From: Nageia nagi
Taxonomy: Eukaryota > Plantae > Pinophyta
Assembly: GCA_050084985.1 (NCBI GenBank)
Contig: JBITNC010000002.1
Span: forward strand, 24,366,001-24,430,000
Reading direction: 5' to 3'
Length of the DNA stretch: 64,000 bases
Positions 51,577-64,000 of this stretch are shown here, one piece after another. The notes under the pieces were generated by a model, which saw only the letters and a list, made by a program, of their open reading frames with translations, did no database searches and had not been told where the DNA came from. Each line of letters opens with the position of its first letter. Position 1 is the stretch's first letter. The position numbers were made by a program, and so were the translations under genes.

Positions 51577-52204
51577 TGTAGTTGATAAATAATAACTTGT
51601 GATTAGACATCATTATTTATGCTATGAAATACCACTTTAGGTATTATGATATACTTGAAGGAGTATTGATAATCATTGGTATTGGTTCAAATACTTTCTT
51701 TGCTAAATCTGATATATATTACTTATAAAAAATTTATTTTCTAAATATAAAGCTTCATAGATGTAGGAACTATGACATGCATGCCCTAATTGTAGTCATC
51801 ACATATCATTGATTCCATTAGATATGATAGAAATATAAAGAAACTTAGATGATATGATGTTAGGATGAATAATAGATAATATATCCTCAAATATGTGGCA
51901 TCAAGAGATACCATTATTATTTTTAGTATGAATCAATCATGAGTTGACCTATTCAAATGTTGTTAGGATATGATATGATCATATGATAGGGAATACCTTT
52001 CTTTGAATCTTATTTTATAGTTGAATATATTGGACACTTGTTCTTCTTAAGATCTTCATTGATTATATAAATTATGGTGCTTTTCTTGATATTGACATCA
52101 ATTACATTATTTAGGATTACTTCATTGATATTTACAACATATTTTACAATATTTATCTTTTTCACCTAAAATATGATTTTTCTAATCGCATTTAGGTGGC
52201 TATA
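51577..52204 (-). repeat. 5' LTR of the Tat/Ogre element
   Basis: Aligns with 43714-44346; followed on the minus strand by PBS-like TTTAGGTGAAGCCAAC. Confidence 0.88.
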
Positions 52205-52882
52205 TATTGCATTCTCCTTTTATAGATTTTTTTTCTTGTTGTTGTAGGGGTATAATTTAAGATGAAGCCTCCAACATTTATCATCAACATGTTTATGTTT
52301 ATCACAATGAGAACATTGTGTACTATCACTTTCCTTCTTCGTAGTATTGGTATTTTTTTTATTGCTTACCTTAACCATTATCTTGATATTTTCCTCATTC
52401 TTAATGCCCCTTATTATTTGAATTCTTCTTGGAGTTCTCATAATGTTGTCTTTGCCTTCCATCTTCTTCCAAATATTGTGCAATTAGACATCCACTTGGT
52501 AAAAATTAGTAATATTAAACAACGTAATAAGATTTTGTAAATGAATACGCAAACCTCCAATGAGAAGGGCCAATATCATCAATTGGTATTCTATAAAACT
52601 CAAGTATCCTTGGGTCCTCCCCATATTACCTTCTTACAAGAAAATCTATGATTCTAGTCATAATTCTCTTTGTTGCAAGAAATATCCTCTCAAACTAAGA
52701 ACTAAAGTCTAATATTAGAATCTATCATCCTAGGATGTGTTCCCTTTTAATCTTCCTTGGAATGTTCTCTTCTTTGTTTTCTCTCAATCTTAATATCAAT
52801 AGGAAATAAATCGACTCTTTGAGACCTTCTACCTTGCATTTACAATTCTCAATGCAATCTCTCACAAACCTCTGATACCAAG

Positions 52883-53619
52883 TGATCTATAAGACTTCGT
52901 AGCTATGGTATTCTTAAGTTCATCAAATACATATATCATAATTAAAATTTTAGAATTCAATTATGTAAGAAAAGGGTTGTTGGTGATCCAAAAGTTGTAG
53001 AAATAGGCTGTTGGTGATCTTATTTCTAGTGAATTCTTTTATTCAATTTAGTGTGCAATTATGGAATAATATAAGATCAAACTAACAAAACTAAAATAAC
53101 AATCACATAAAACAAACACAATAAAATTTATATCGGTTCCTACCAATATCGAAGTACATTTAGTTTTAATATCTCTTCTTCATTATTGGGATCAAATAGT
53201 GATTACAAATTTTGATGATATGGATATAATACTATCACAAAATAATAAAACTCCTTCAACTTGCAACCTCCTTAAATTCTCCTTGAAATAAAATTGAATA
53301 AATAACATGCATCAACAATCCCATAGTACTATCGAAACACCTTCAACAACCTTGGAAATGATTCACCTTTGGAATATGTAGAAGTTACTAACCCTTCAAC
53401 TTCCAAAAATATACCAAACCATTTCAACTTCCCTCAAAACCAATATAGGGAATGGCCCTCTAGTGGTCTAATTATGATAAGAAAAGGACCATTGAAAGTC
53501 TTATTCTTGTACTACCAAGTCACTAAATTTCATGGGCATGTCTTATTACAAACATGAAGACATATGGTGATGATCTCCCCTCTTGAAATCAAACTTCAAA
53601 AATGACCCTTTTTGGATCA
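52883..53619 (-). repeat. 5' LTR of the outer Ty3 element (737 bp)
   Basis: TGATC/GATCA termini, adjacent iMet PBS, homology to 39643-40137. Confidence 0.9.
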
Positions 53620-53624
53620 AAGCT

Positions 53625-54210
53625 CTCAAATATTTGTGAGAGTAAATACTAAATAAAAAATACACACTTAATAAAAATACATTTGTGAGAGTAAATGTTT
53701 AATAAAAATTGATTAAAATAATTTTTTAATCATATCTATAAACAAATTGATAAACTTATATTAATTAATTATATTTTATTATTGAAAACAAAATCAATTA
53801 ATTATGAGACAGAAATTATGTTCTCTCCATTTATGTTTGACTATATATTTTTCACAATTAATTTATGTTATTTTTTATAATTTGTTTAAATATATAAAGA
53901 ATCGATATATTATAATATAAATTAAGATAGTTAAAATAATCTTGATAATTTTATTAGAAATAAGTGTTCAAAAACATAATTGATTTATATTTATTATTGA
54001 ATCAATTTTGATTAATCTACAAATCAGTAATTAAACAAATTGATAGACTTTTGTTAATTAATTATTTTTTTTAATATTAAAAAGAATTAATTAACAAAAG
54101 TATGTCAATTTGTTTAAGGATATATAACTATAGAAATATTTTAATTACTTTGTATTAAGTATTTACTCTAATAATGGTATTTTTATTAGGTATTTATTTT
54201 AATTAATAAA
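53625..54210. repeat. Extremely AT-rich foldback element with long inverted arms and an internal hairpin (54031-54117)
   Basis: 53660-53800 resembles the reverse complement of 54060-54200. TTAAACAAATTGA...TTTTGTTAATTAATT pairs with AATTAATTAACAAAA...TCAATTTGTTTAA. Confidence 0.7.
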
Positions 54211-54214
54211 ATAA

Positions 54215-54570
54215 GCTCTTAGGTAGCACATGCTAGAAGAATGCTAGCGAATCCATTTTGTGTATATCTTGAGAACATGGTATTCTATGAGACTGCATTT
54301 TGATGAGGCTTCTTGTTAAACAATTATTGGGCCTTTTGTATTCTTTCACATGTTGCATACATGGCCATCAGGACAATCAAAACCATAACATTGGATGAAA
54401 AATTATTTTCAAATACTCTTTGAAGGATTGTTCATATCTTTTTTTAGAGCCCTTATGGTGGTACATGCTAGAAGAATGGTGGCAAAAGTTGAAGAGTTAA
54501 CCTTTATTCCTAATATTTACATTTTCTTAAAAATATCCTAGACATAGAAAACCCATTTTGTGTATATCAT
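54215..54570 (-). pseudogene. PLS-class PPR gene fragment
   Basis: Minus-strand remnants GIKVNSSTFATILLACTTIRALK, MAMYATCE and VS*NTMFSRYTQNG. Same style as 33645-34835. Confidence 0.8.
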
Positions 54571-57400
54571 GTTGAATTTGATAATGAGATGTCGATCCAT
54601 GATTAGGGTTGATGTGTTGTACACTTAATACAAGAGGAGGAACACTTGTTGGCAAGGATGTGGTTAGGGCTTATGATGAGATCATTTGTTATAAATGTTA
54701 ATATGAGATTTGGGTTGTTGTAACAAGTGGTGAAGTGTTGAAAAAAAAAGGTTGTGGATCATGATATGAAGGATCATAATGATAAATCATAATTTGCATA
54801 TGAAAAGATGGTGACATGCCTTTCTTTTGATATAGTTGAAGACTAATTGTTCAAAAAGCTTAGTCAATCTCTCTTGAACAATGGGATCATTAAAAAATTG
54901 AGTTTTTATTACTTGTGGAAGGTTTTGAAATATGGGATGAGATTTGATTTCATTAGCCAATTGAGGACCAAAAGGCATAGTGGCTTGAGGAGAATGATGA
55001 GAGGTATTGAAACATGAGATTGAGGGGTTGGTGGCCTAGATGGAAGGGATTGATATAGTGGTTCTTGACCTTGGTATTGCTCTTGACCTAGTTAATTAGA
55101 CCTAGGGGTAGCAACCATGTTCACATAAGGCTCCCTATCAAATTTCTAAGGATTAATTATTTTTAACAAGAAAGAAACAAATAGAAAGAACAACATTATT
55201 GCTAAATCTAAAATGTCCCAATGGTACCAAATAAAATAAGCAAATATACACCAAGACTAAACATTTTGTTATGATCTTGATTTAGTGGATGTAAAGTTAA
55301 TTCATAAATACCTTATATGATAAGATAACAAGCCTATATGATTAAGATTTGGTACTTTTTAAGATAGCAATGGTGATTATCTAAATCTAATTGCTTCGTG
55401 TTCAATTTGGCTATTATCTTGATCAATGATGATTGATTTTATGGTAAATTGACCTCTTGATTAGTTTAGCTATGATGGATCTAGTCAAGTGTTTCTAGAT
55501 GAAGGCTCGATATCTAGGGGTGTGAAATGTTTAATGCTCAAAGTTAAGTACCCCACTAGTAATGACCTACCAAGTGTGGATGACACCATGGTAGTGAAAT
55601 TCATGTGCTTGGAAAAATTTTAGGCTTATGTAATTAAAGATGCAAGGTTAACTCTCCAAATGCTAGGCAACTATGTGGATGCAAAATACAAATTATACCC
55701 TTCACAAAATATGATAAGGCACTCCCACCTAAGGATGAAATTTTTCATTTCACTAATAAAAAGGTAAAAATAAAAGGATGAAAATAGTAAGAAAATCTGA
55801 TTTAAATCATGATAAAATAGGGATATAGGCTTGAGGGGGATCCTGATCCAAGCTCTTGACATGTGCAATACCTATCTTACAAGATCTGATCCTAATTGGT
55901 AGAATGTAAACTGGTTAATAGTACCAACTGGTAGGTCGATAAACTAGCTAGCCAACTAGTTTACATTGGTACCTAGAGACTTTAGAAAAAAGTATATAAT
56001 GCTTAAAATAAAATAATATGATAATAATTTATTTTTAAAATATACTAGCAAGGGACTACTTCCACCTAGTTGCAGAGCTGGAACTACTAAAAGAATAATA
56101 AAAAAATGATCTAATCTTAGCTAAAAGATGAAGACCCTAAAACAAAACTAATGGTACACATAGGACCGATTGACAAAGACTAATCAGCCTGTAGAAAACT
56201 AGTTGACTAAGATGAACCAATCTACTAAAGATTGGCAAATTGATGATGAATGATTTAAAATGATGGTGACTTTTGTAGAACCAACCTGTAGGCTTTGGGT
56301 TGGCTATGAGCTAATTGATCTATTGAGCATCGACTAGAATCTGAGAATCGGTTAGCTAAAAATCAGTTAGATTTTGGTTGGGAATGGGAACTTCATGTTT
56401 TTGAAATCAAGTTCTGAATATGCCCAAGAAGATATCCTAAAATAATCAACACATTTTAGTGACCAAAAATGTCCAAAAAAGTGAGAAAATGGGTAGAAAA
56501 TGAACACCCAACAAAAGAGAAAGGTTGAGGAAAATCCTCCAATTAGATGCTTAAAGGACCAAGGGAGGTCCCACCATGATCACTAGTTTATGGGAATCCA
56601 AATGGCAAACCTGTTCATAAAGGAGGGAGAAGGATTAAGGTTGCACCACCATGCATTTGCTAGAGTTCATCTTGTGAAAAAATGATAGAGGGATGTGCTC
56701 TTGATATCTAGACTTGCAAAAGATATTTAATGTTAGAGGAAGTCTCATCACTCTAGTCCCTTAAGACCCTATAGTGTGCTCAAATAGAGGTATTAAACCT
56801 CATTGAAGGAATGTAGATCCCCTATACCATAATCAAATGAGTACTAGAAAGCAAGGAAATGCCTACAATGCAATGTGATATGCTCATGCTATGCGAAGAT
56901 AATTATAAAATGATAAAACAAGCACAAGATACCATGAATCTAGCCAACAATAATGCTACATGCTCATATAAATGCAAGAAAAAGGATATGGTTTCTCCAT
57001 TGGCTCTAAGATAACTCCCAATGCTCTTCAAGACTTGCAAGAATGATCAAAAACCTATTGTGTGAAGTGCTAAGGATGATTAGGGATTGGGATCTTACTT
57101 AAGGCTTCAACTATGCGAACGAGAAGGCTACATAATGGTCAAGGGGTGAGAGGATTTGAAAAGCCAAGAGAGGGAAAATAGATTTCAATTTTGACTTAAT
57201 AGATTAGACACCTAACTATTATGATGGTTGGCATAGCCAGTTAGTTGGTTGGCAAGCCAATCGATAAACCGACCAAGAAAGTTAGTGTACTGATTCGGGA
57301 CCAATAGACAAGGTCCAAAAATGGCTATGATGGAGCAATTAGATCAAAAATGAAAAGCTCCAGATGAATGTGGGAAAAAGGTGATTTTGAGGTGTCTACA
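54570..57400 (-). mobile_element. Truncated Tat/Ogre-like element: 5' LTR (~56589-57400), PBS, long leader, gag start
   Basis: Minus strand starts TGTAGACACC at 57400. PBS-like TAGTGATCATGGTGGGAC (56568-56586) resembles a transition-mutated tRNA-Arg complement. P/Q-rich gag-like remnant 54787-55118. Confidence 0.65.
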
Positions 57401-57688
57401 CTTAGGTAGATGCTAATGTCTCTACTAGTATATTTTCAAATTTGTTGGAATATACTCCTCAAGCTATAAAGTTCTTTTCCTTGACTTGTTTCATATGCTA
57501 AATATTTTCTTCACACAAATCAATGCAAAGAGGGGGTAGAAAATAACCATTCAAAATAGGAAACCCAATGCTACCACTATATCAAATGCAATATTATGCT
57601 ATTTTTTTTGTATCTTATATCATATATTTTATTCCTTTGCAAGCGTAATTGCATGTAACATTTCATTACACTTGCAAAGGGGGGAAAC

Positions 57689-58341
57689 TATAGATACCTA
57701 ATTTAGACATGCTTTTACTTGAATTATTTGTATTTATCTAATTGATGATAAATTATTTTATTAGTTAGATCTTAATATATTATCATATTAGGCCAATCTA
57801 AACATTATCTCATGTCATTTTCCTCTTTTGTGATGCAAGGGCTCAACATGAACACTGGGTTAGTGGTGTGCATTATGGAGTTCACTAGCCTATAATAAAA
57901 GGAAAACCATCACATGGGATGATTATCAAATCTTAAACTTGATAAGACCATATATACTCTCTATATGGTCTTCAATACTACCTATCAAGATTTGGGACCT
58001 TTGCTATCACATCAGGTTTATTTTCCATCATTTCTCTATGATATGCTAGATTAGGCCTATTATTTCTTAATATTGCTTTAGATCTTTGTTGCAAGGTTGG
58101 TTTCTTAGGATACTTGGTACCGACGCTTATCCTTAGGTATAGCACCTTCGCTAGTCTTTAAAGCCTTATTACTTAGATAGTTCACATATAAGATGTTGAT
58201 TCTTTAGAAGGTCATGACGATGCATATTAATGATCCTCTAAAAATAAGGTGACAAGTATTGTATCTCTCATGTCTCCATCTTGATAAGTCTAAGATTAAT
58301 CCGATAATCAAAGTATCTAAACATAAGGTGATATTTCTATA
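57689..58341 (+). mobile_element. LTR preceded by PPT (3' LTR remnant)
   Basis: AAAGGGGGGAAAC then TATAGATACCTAA (decayed TGTAGACACCTAA). CCTATAA at ~57890. Ends TCTATA. Confidence 0.55.
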
Positions 58342-58345
58342 CTTT

Positions 58346-58350
<5 letters not shown>

Positions 58351-58402
<52 letters not shown>
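58351..58402. repeat. (TA)26 microsatellite
   Basis: Direct observation. Confidence 0.99.
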
Positions 58403-58404
<2 letters not shown>

Positions 58405-60539
58405 GTTGTTGATTCATGTTGCTGGTTAAATATTTAACATAAATTAATTTATTGGACTAATTTTAAATATCTATACTTTGACCACCTTATCGTAATTGAA
58501 TTTTAATTCTTTTTAAAGCTTAAAAACTAGATTAAAAGAAAGCAAAAAAAATTCATATCTACATATTTCCAAATTCTATAGATAATTAATTCAAATAATC
58601 AATTCCACATTTAATTTCATTTTTTTAACAATTTGTATCATTCTATCCCATCTTAACAATTTCTTTATATATATGTCTATATTCTTTAAATTATCATTAT
58701 AATTCACACTGTTTTATGCGCCAAAACACTTAATTCTCCTCTTAAAAACTATAGATGTACCAAATAGGTGGAAGAATTTCAACTTCCATCAGGATTCAGA
58801 TTCCTTTGTGAAGGGTTCATTTGATTTAGCTATACGTTTATTTAGAAAAATTATATCTTGAATTGCAGTTTAAGATCTGAAATTCCAAATCCTTCAAAGT
58901 TTCAAAAACAAGTATCAATGAAATTGTAGCACATCAATTTACCCACTACGGATTAGAATGTATTAGCTTCATAGTTCATACCATCCTCAGAAACAACGGA
59001 ATGTAAGCTTTACCTATCCGGTCATTGTGGCAGGCGTTTATCCCTATCTTTTTTCTCTTTTCTCTCACACTTTTGTGATCTCCAATCTCGCGTGCTATCT
59101 ATCTGTGGTGAAGTCACAATCGCTTCAAATTGTAAAAGTTGATTTCCAGTACTACTGTCGATCTCTTTTGGTCCAGAATGGGGGAATCATGGAGACTTTC
59201 ACTTTTTTTTTTCTTCTTTCGTTCGTGTCATTTATGAAGATGACATGAAATTTGTACTGAATCTATTAGATATTGCACTGCACTTTTTATTCTTGCTGCT
59301 TGCAAACTTTGGCCATATCTGTAGGGTACGAGGTAAAGGTGAAAGTGTTAGCAATCATTCTCTCTGTGAACTGGTAAGAACAATCACAAACTGAGCGGAC
59401 AACAAAGCTTGAAAAACCAAGTAAAGTTGAAGACTTTTGCTTTTGTACAATACTGGTAAGACCCACCATCTCTGTATCTAATAACTGGTCCTTCATAATA
59501 TCATATATCAGGCTACTTGTCATCCAATACTGTGAATATGTCACACTGGCTTCAAAAGTTTATAGAGTGCCAGTTTGTAGTTATTTACCTATTGTTATTT
59601 ATACTTGCATTGTATGGAAACCACCTACGAGATAAACTTCAGCATTGGCAATTTATTGGGCACAATAAACATCCAAAACTATAGAGGATAAGTTTTGGTT
59701 CCTTGTGGGGACATGGAGAGGGATGGGTGTCTGAATTGTAGGGCCAATGAAAGCAGGAATGGCCTAGAGCTCATAAAATGTTAAGGGGCAAGGTTCACTT
59801 TGGAAACTTGGATATTCAAATAGTGACAGCATAATAATCTTGAAGACATCAACTTGTTGTTATTGTTTCATTGTGTTATTGGTGTGGAATTATGTAGAAT
59901 AAGACGCCTACAGAGATATTTTTTCCAACCAGCAATTGCCAGGCATTAATGAAATGTAGGTCCGTTTACTGTACATTGTCCCTTCAAATAAGATTATTGA
60001 GGGAGGCATTTGAAAAATATAATATAGTTTGAAGATTGTGTGGTCCTTGATATTGTAAGGTAAAACTGAAAAGACAAAGGAAATAACTCCATTCTGCTTC
60101 GTTGGAAGTTTGTATTTTTTCTTCAACATGTGAACTGCATCAGTGGAAAATGTATAAGATAAAATTAAAAAGTTATTGGCTTTGCTGAAGGCCATCCAAA
60201 TAGAGTAAGCGATGGTAAATTGTGCACATACCTGCTATAGGACTCTTTGCAATGTTATCTGTTACATTCTTCTCCATCATATTTTTCATATTGTTAGGAA
60301 TCTTTGTGCATTTCTCGTTTCTTAATGGCAGTTTTAAAATTATTATCAGATCTGAATTTAATTGTTTTAAGTCATCTAACAGTTATGTGGACTTTGGTGT
60401 TCATTTTAAATTATCATATTTATTATTTTGAAAATTATTATAATACTTTATTTCATTTAAATTTGAAATTTAAGAAATGAAGATTAGATCTGGAACTAAG
60501 TTTGAGGTGGTTGTTATTTTAGTGTATAATTTTAGTAAT

Positions 60540-63500
60540 ATTTGGAGTTGAGAGCCAAACCATGCATAACCTAGTTTCCTTTTCGATCCCTTCACACACC
60601 CTCTCAAAGATTGTGTGGGAATTGTTGTGTGTGTCATGTTGTCCTATTTGTAATCAATCCATCGTAGATGGATTGATTTCTCCTTAAATAATACCTCTTC
60701 TCCATCTGCAAACTCATTTGTTGATGAGAATGCAAGAGAGAGAAATGGAATTGGCAATGGTCATGAACAAGCATCCTAGGAAATTAATCCCTAAGGTATA
60801 AATTCTTTTACCCTTGATATCATTATTCCTCTTCTTTTGAGTTCAACAATGCATGTTCTTAGTAAGAAGGTCATACTATCATTGGATATTTTCTTGGATG
60901 TATCCCCTTTGATTCCATCTTTAGGACATGGATTTAGAATTAGTGGAACTCCTATGGCATTTTTGTCAAGCAACTCTAGAATCTCACTAAAGGATTCTTT
61001 CACTTTTTCTTTTCAAACATTGATAATGTTTAGTAAGTTATGAACAAGCATCCTTGCTATGTGAATAATACCTTGCTTATCTATCAACCTTGGAATAATG
61101 AGTTTGTTGTTGCCAAAAATGTCTCTCTTTGTCCCCGTTTGGGTTGAATTCCCTTCCTTCCATTGGTTCTATGGTTTTCTATTCGAATTTTGGCTAGCCT
61201 TATTGGAACCTTTTTCTGTGAGGAACCCTCACACTTCTATGCTTCTCGACTAAATCAATGAATGTGTGTCAAAGTCAATTTGTCATAGAATCTTAAAGAG
61301 TTTATTGATATTAATGTGGTAGATACTATCATCCACTAGCAGGTGGTGTATGTCAACATGCCAAACCCTTGCTATAGATGCCAATTGGTTGCTCATAAGA
61401 TCAAATAATACCCATTAAAGAGAGATAAATTCAAAGTTAAAGAGGAGAATTCTATTATCCCAACCTCAAACACTTTGACTCCACCTAGTAAAGGTGGTTA
61501 TGATGAATGGACCACTATTTATCACAAAAAGGGGAAACAAGCCAAGGTTCCCCAAGGAGGATAAGCCTCTCCAAGCTATGTTCAAGTGATGACTATAAAT
61601 TTGATGCTGTAATTGCAAGCCTAGATCCTTGGTTTAGTTCAAGCCCTAGCTAGTAATTTATCCTCTCGTAGTGTAGAGGGTATTCTTTTTTTCCTGAGAA
61701 TTATTCAATATTTGGAAGCTATAGAGGGTTCTCATGCTCGAGGTTGGAGATCCCATAGCCCCGTAGAAGGATACCTTGCTACTCATGTTGATAAAAAATG
61801 ACAAACAAATTCCATAGAAAAGAACCATGAGAATTTTGTTATCAATCCTATTCAGGTATAGATGGCTCTAAATATGTTGAATGAGGTATGATCATTAATC
61901 AATCAATATGATTTTTTTAATCATAACTAATGGACCTAGCCCATAGATATATGGTTTGAGATGATATTACCTTTTGCACTGATTAGTATGATTTTCTAGA
62001 TTTTATTTGTATGTAAGAAGTTAGAGTTGCTATTTTCCATTTGTAATGTGCATACATGCTTCTTTATCCAAGAAGCCAAATGTATTCTACCAACCATCCT
62101 CATAGAAAAGGAGGATCTATCATTATCCTTACCACTAGATGGAAAGGGAAATTTTTTAATTGGGATGTGGATCCATCAAATAAAGTTGTATGGGCTTTAC
62201 TAGAAGGTGAGGGAATTTTTTTCGACATTGTTGACATCGATGTTGCTAACAATACCTAAGAAAGATTTTCCCTATGGATATAGTGTGCTCTTTCTCTACC
62301 CCTAGCTATTTGCATGATTTATGGGAATTTCAATATGATAGAAATTGTTTTTGACAAAATTAGCCTCATTCCCATCCGATGTGCATTGGAGAAAGAGAAT
62401 CTTATTTTTTTATGAAAAATAAGTTGGTTTTGTCAAATCATAATTCTTATTTTTCAACTAATCATTTTTTTGAAAATATATGGTTTACATGGTCCGAATT
62501 TCAAGTTGGCCATGTAAGAATCCTCACAAGATTGTATAGAGTTATGCTTCAAACCATAGACAATTTTCTTTTCATAGGAGATTACCTTCAGCTCTTATGG
62601 TTGAACTCATTTCTAGTATGATATCCTCAAATCATTCCCCCATTCTGTTTACGATGCTCAACTTGAATTTTTCATAATGGAATTTTAAATCTTAATTTTT
62701 ATTAAATTCATCATTTCTACAACACTCCTCCATGATGAATCATATTCATTGAGCGTAGAATCTTGTCCCTCATCCCTCACTAAGGGAGGGATGCATTGAA
62801 ACGTGGAATGATGCCATTACTTGAACTATAATTTTTCGTCATATCTTAGGTAAGAAATTTTCTCAATTTAGATGGAATTTCTTGTTGGCTCTTAGGAATT
62901 ATGTTTCTCAATCTTTCATTCATCTTAAGGATAATCCTCTTAGCACTTCTCTTCAGGCACTTGTTTCCTAGATCTACCATGAACTTAAAATTATTCAGTT
63001 GTATGAAGCAAAGGGAGCACAAATTAAAGCATGGTAGTTAAATTAGATCAATATTGTGACAAGGTTACAAAGGAATTTTTCTAGAGGCTTTAGCCTCCTC
63101 GCCAATATACTCAATTCAAGGTCATTCAAGATAATTTGTCAAGACTTACTTCTCTTTCTAAATTTTTTGAAGTTTTCACTTTGTCACTATATGCAAGTTT
63201 TTGTTTCCCAACTATACATAGATAAAAGAAAACATGCTTTTCATCTTAACTTAGAAGTTGTTCCTATTAAATTTCTCTCTCTTAGAGAGTGGATTATAAA
63301 TGTCTTATCTTTATGGATGATTTGACAAATGCTCTTTCTCAAATGTTAAATGAAAAAGCTCCTAGCTTAGAAGGCTTCCTTTGTGAGTTCTACAAAGCAT
63401 GCTAGGAATTCATTGGTAATGATCTTCTCAATATTTATCTTGAAGCTTTAGATTCTAGTTCTGTTGGATGAATTAGCAAAAAATAAATTATTAAATTCAT

Positions 63501-64000
63501 TCCCAAGAAAGGGGACCCTAAAATTATCACCAATTAGAGATCGATCACCTTATTGAATGTTAGTTACAAGATAATTTCCAAATCTTTAGCCTTGCACCTC
63601 AAACCTCTGTTGTTGATAATGTTTAGACCAAAACAAACTAGTTTTATTCAAAGTCATTATATTTTGTATAATATCTTGGTGATTTAGGAAGGCATGGAAT
63701 GGGATCAAATGTCAAACCAACATGCCTTACTCATTAAAATAGATTTCAAGAAAGCCTATGATTAGATTGAATGGTAATTTATTCTACCCATGCTTCAAGC
63801 ATTGGAATTTGGCCAATAGTTTATTCGAAATATGAAAATACTATTTCATAATTCTTTTGCAATTCTTTCTCTCAATAATTCCCAATTAGCAGCAATTAGG
63901 CTTTTTAAATTAGTAAGGTAGGGTAACGCTTGTGCACTATCATTGTATGTTCTTGCAACTAAAGCTTTAGCCTTTATTAGTTAACTTCATAGAATATTCC
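60540..64000 (+). mobile_element. L1-type LINE (degenerate): ORF1, endonuclease, RT start; runs off the window
   Basis: ORF1 VPVWVEFPS (~61071). Endonuclease remnants GNFNM, WFTWS and TRLYR (62320-62540). RT IPKKGD, ITLLNVSYKIISK and KIDFKKAYD (63500-63770). Confidence 0.9.
60778..61039 (-). mobile_element. 262-bp insertion flanked by a 15-bp TSD within LINE ORF1
   Basis: ATGAACAAGCATCCT at 60763-60777 and 61040-61054. Confidence 0.75.

Larger units (their letters stand above)
43714..52204 (-). mobile_element. Tat/Ogre-type Ty3/gypsy element with additional RNase H, degenerate, RT core deleted
   Basis: LTRs 43714-44346 and 51577-52204. TSD CATTG/TATTG. PPT CCAAAGAGGGGTAAA. gag KFFPRILKGDAIQWF (~51040-51080). 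Protease 49654-49980. RT tail and RH 47105-47784. Second RNase H (DGSKC at ~46850, RANNIYANAMA). Integrase with KFEPNWLGPY. Confidence 0.93.
39643..53619 (-). mobile_element. Ty3/gypsy LTR retrotransposon (degenerate), host of a nested Tat/Ogre element
   Basis: 5' LTR 52883-53619 (TGATC...GATCA). tRNA-iMet PBS TGGTATCAGAG at 52870-52880. gag knuckle CSHCDKHKHVDDKC (52220-52483). [26 protein letters not shown] (42604-42786). Integrase ISMDFV (40971-41498). Truncated 3' LTR 39643-40137. Confidence 0.93.

Noticed and set aside
55062-55090. TTCTTGACCTTG resembling the tasiR-ARF of TAS3
   Set aside because: Only 12 nt match; it is the antisense of RSR codons in a gag start, and there are no miR390 sites.
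59400-59545. Minus-strand frame LDDK*PDI*YYEGPVIRYRDGGSYQYCT that looks protein-like
   Set aside because: Contains stops and cannot be assigned to a family without a search.

Overview
AT-rich, CpG-depleted plant nuclear DNA dominated by decayed and nested retroelements. The element spectrum (Tat/Ogre-like elements with TGTAGACACC...TCTACA-type LTRs, RNase H-bearing L1 LINEs, scattered PLS-PPR debris, a multi-kb TE-filled intron) suggests a large gymnosperm-type genome; this is inference. One credible protein-coding gene is present: a 3-exon, 175-aa divergent PRIN2-like plastid protein (join 22601-22846, 22966-23061, 29955-30140, + strand). Mobile elements include: the 3' end of a Ty3/gypsy chromovirus (1-2099); a pol-less LTR element with an ACTAC TSD (9366-14611) inserted at the end of a related solo LTR; a LINE/Ty1-copia chimera (16074-22272); an intronic LINE interrupted by a TG...CA element with ~180-bp terminal inverted repeats (26532-28105); a Ty3 element (39643-53619) with a nested Tat/Ogre element (43714-52204); and a LINE at the right edge. 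The most unusual items are the long-TIR element with integrase-type ends, a 230-bp near-perfect hairpin that copies a LINE insertion junction, PPR fragments abutting CACTA-type ends, and two non-TE islands with splice signals but no recognisable protein (37.2-39.6 kb and 58.9-60.4 kb). All comparisons were made by eye and from memory; no searches were run.
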